Source: Azolla caroliniana (lineage: Eukaryota > Plantae > Polypodiophyta). From it: a DNA stretch of 64,000 nt. The notes beneath the pieces were generated by a model that worked only from the letters and a program-made list of their open reading frames with translations, did no database searches and was not told the DNA's origin. The translations under genes were made by a program, and so were the position numbers. This document shows positions 62,501 through 64,000 of the stretch, in pieces. How positions within the stretch are numbered: position 1 is the stretch's first letter; each line of letters begins with the position of its first letter. Location of the stretch: positions 5,084,001-5,148,000 of the forward strand of contig JBHGNT010000008.1 in the NCBI GenBank assembly GCA_043228905.1. The letters run 5' to 3'.

Positions 62501-63978
62501 TTCTTTCTCATAATACATTCTCATTGTGATAAAGTTGTATGCACAAAAAACTCAAGCCCGTTCTTATGTTTCTATTTGAAACTCAACAACTTAATCCTAA
62601 GAGAAAATAAGAATGATTTGCATATATTTTCTAGAGTCTCTTTTGAAGGTGTTGAAAATTCACTCTGATCTATTTTTATACAGCTAATGCTAACTATGAA
62701 CTTGGAAGAGGAGACAATCATGCCCGTTGTAAACCGACACTGATTCCTGAGATTGAGAATATGCACATTGTGCAGGTCGCTTGTGGTGGCTATCATTCAG
62801 CTGTTTTGACAGGTCCACTTTTCTTTCCATCTCGAATTTATTCTATCTTGTTTTTAAGTTAAGTTAATTTCCTATTGAATTTATTCTGCTTATTGTTAAA
62901 ACTGCAACTTCCAATTTGTTCATTCTGCTGTATTATCAGTAAAGATCAAAAACTTCAACCTTAACCGAGATTTGATTGGTTTGTGGTAAAAATGTGAAAC
63001 TTATGAATAGCCAAAGTTGATGGTTATTAACAATTGGCAACAGTTCGGTTCTGTTTGAGAGGGTCCAAACCGAACTGTTTAAACTTTTTGAAATCTGAAC
63101 CAAACCGAGCCACGAAACCGTTAAACCGAGCCGTTAAACTGTAAAAACCGTGGTTTCATGGTTTGGTTTCGGTTTTGAAAATAGGTCAAAATTGTAAATT
63201 GTTTAAAATTTATAATATTTCATTTTTTACAATTTTTACAATTTTTAAGATGTTCCTAAAATGTGAGAATAAGGTCTAAAAATGAAAAGATTGCTTAAAA
63301 ACAATTTTTAAAATTTAAAATTTAAAAAAAAAAAAACTGTTAAACTGTTTAAACCATGGTTTCTGGCTGTTAAAACCAAACCGAACCGAACCATTAAACC
63401 GTTAAGCTGCCGTTTCGCGGTTTGGTTCGGCCGATTGTTAATGGTTATAACTTTTTCATGTGCTTCTGTGTAACATAATGGTGTTTTTATGTTAAAATTG
63501 ATACAGATGATGGGAAGGTATTGACATGGGGTAGGGGTGGTGATGGGCAGTTAGGCCATGGGTCATGGGGAAATGGCAAAATCCCACAGGTAGTAGAAGC
63601 ACTTTCACATCTAAGGATTGTTTACATCGCTTGTGGAAGCTTTTCTACAGCTGCCATTACTGGTAAAAGCTTAAAAAATCAATTGTATTTGTAATACTAT
63701 TTTACCGGCATATTATTGGCTTTAAAAACTACTACTAGTACATTAGGCTATTTATATAACATAATCTGAGAATGATTGTATACACAGACACAGGTATATT
63801 ATATTGCTGGGGTAAGAACAAAGATCATCAACTAGGTTTTCCTGGGAAAATGGATGCGGAAAATATACCTACTAAAGTTACTTTCAACCGATCCAATGAC
63901 TCAGAACAGGATAAAGAGTCATCAGTTATTTCAGTTGCTATGGGAGCTTGTCACGGGATTGGTGTTGTTCTCCATTGA
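59587..63978 (+). CDS. RUG3: RCC1-repeat protein, RUG3-like, with putative mitochondrial transit peptide; exons 59587-59983, 60752-60962, 61711-61856, 62213-62404, 62684-62812, 63507-63662, 63788-63978
   Basis: Seven RCC1 repeats; GVSCGLFHSG, WGRDEGDGRLG, SCGGFFTMAL and ANANYELGRG match recalled RUG3; Arg/Ser-rich N-terminus; first donor could instead be at ~59968. Confidence 0.85.
63028..63440. mobile_element. hAT-family MITE in intron 5 of the RUG3-like gene
   Basis: 8-bp TSD ATGGTTAT (63020-63027, 63441-63448); TIR TAACAATTGGC / GCCGATTGTTA; subterminal AAACCG repeats. Confidence 0.9.
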
Positions 63979-64000
63979 GCTTGAGTGAAATATATATGAT

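Overview
Eukaryotic, intron-containing nuclear DNA from a land plant, probably seed-free (inferred from the TE lineages; species not determinable). 1-28.4 kb is a nested LTR-retrotransposon island. A Ty1/copia host (A) carries three insertions: a second copia (B, itself hit by a Tcn1-like chromovirus), a full-length tRNA-Trp-primed Ty3/gypsy, and a decayed Tcn1-like copy containing a solo LTR. Further chromovirus fragments and a truncated L1 follow. 29.2-38.9 kb is a 12-exon triple-RRM RNA-binding gene (At4g36960-like). 40.2-49.8 kb is an internally deleted copia containing a near-intact Tcn1-like chromovirus. 50.1-59.6 kb is a ~9.5 kb Mutator-like element with a Ulp1-protease gene and a MULE/SWIM transposase, both carrying nonsense mutations. 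It ends ~16 bp before a 7-exon RCC1-repeat gene (RUG3-like) that has a hAT MITE in intron 5. Most interesting signals: (i) a conserved antisense tRNA-derived A-box/B-box module at the outer tip of every Tcn1-like LTR; (ii) covariation across four copies supporting Tf1-type self-priming; (iii) two distinct -1 frameshift cassettes; (iv) the MULE abutting the RUG3-like start, with a decayed duplicate of that start on its far side.
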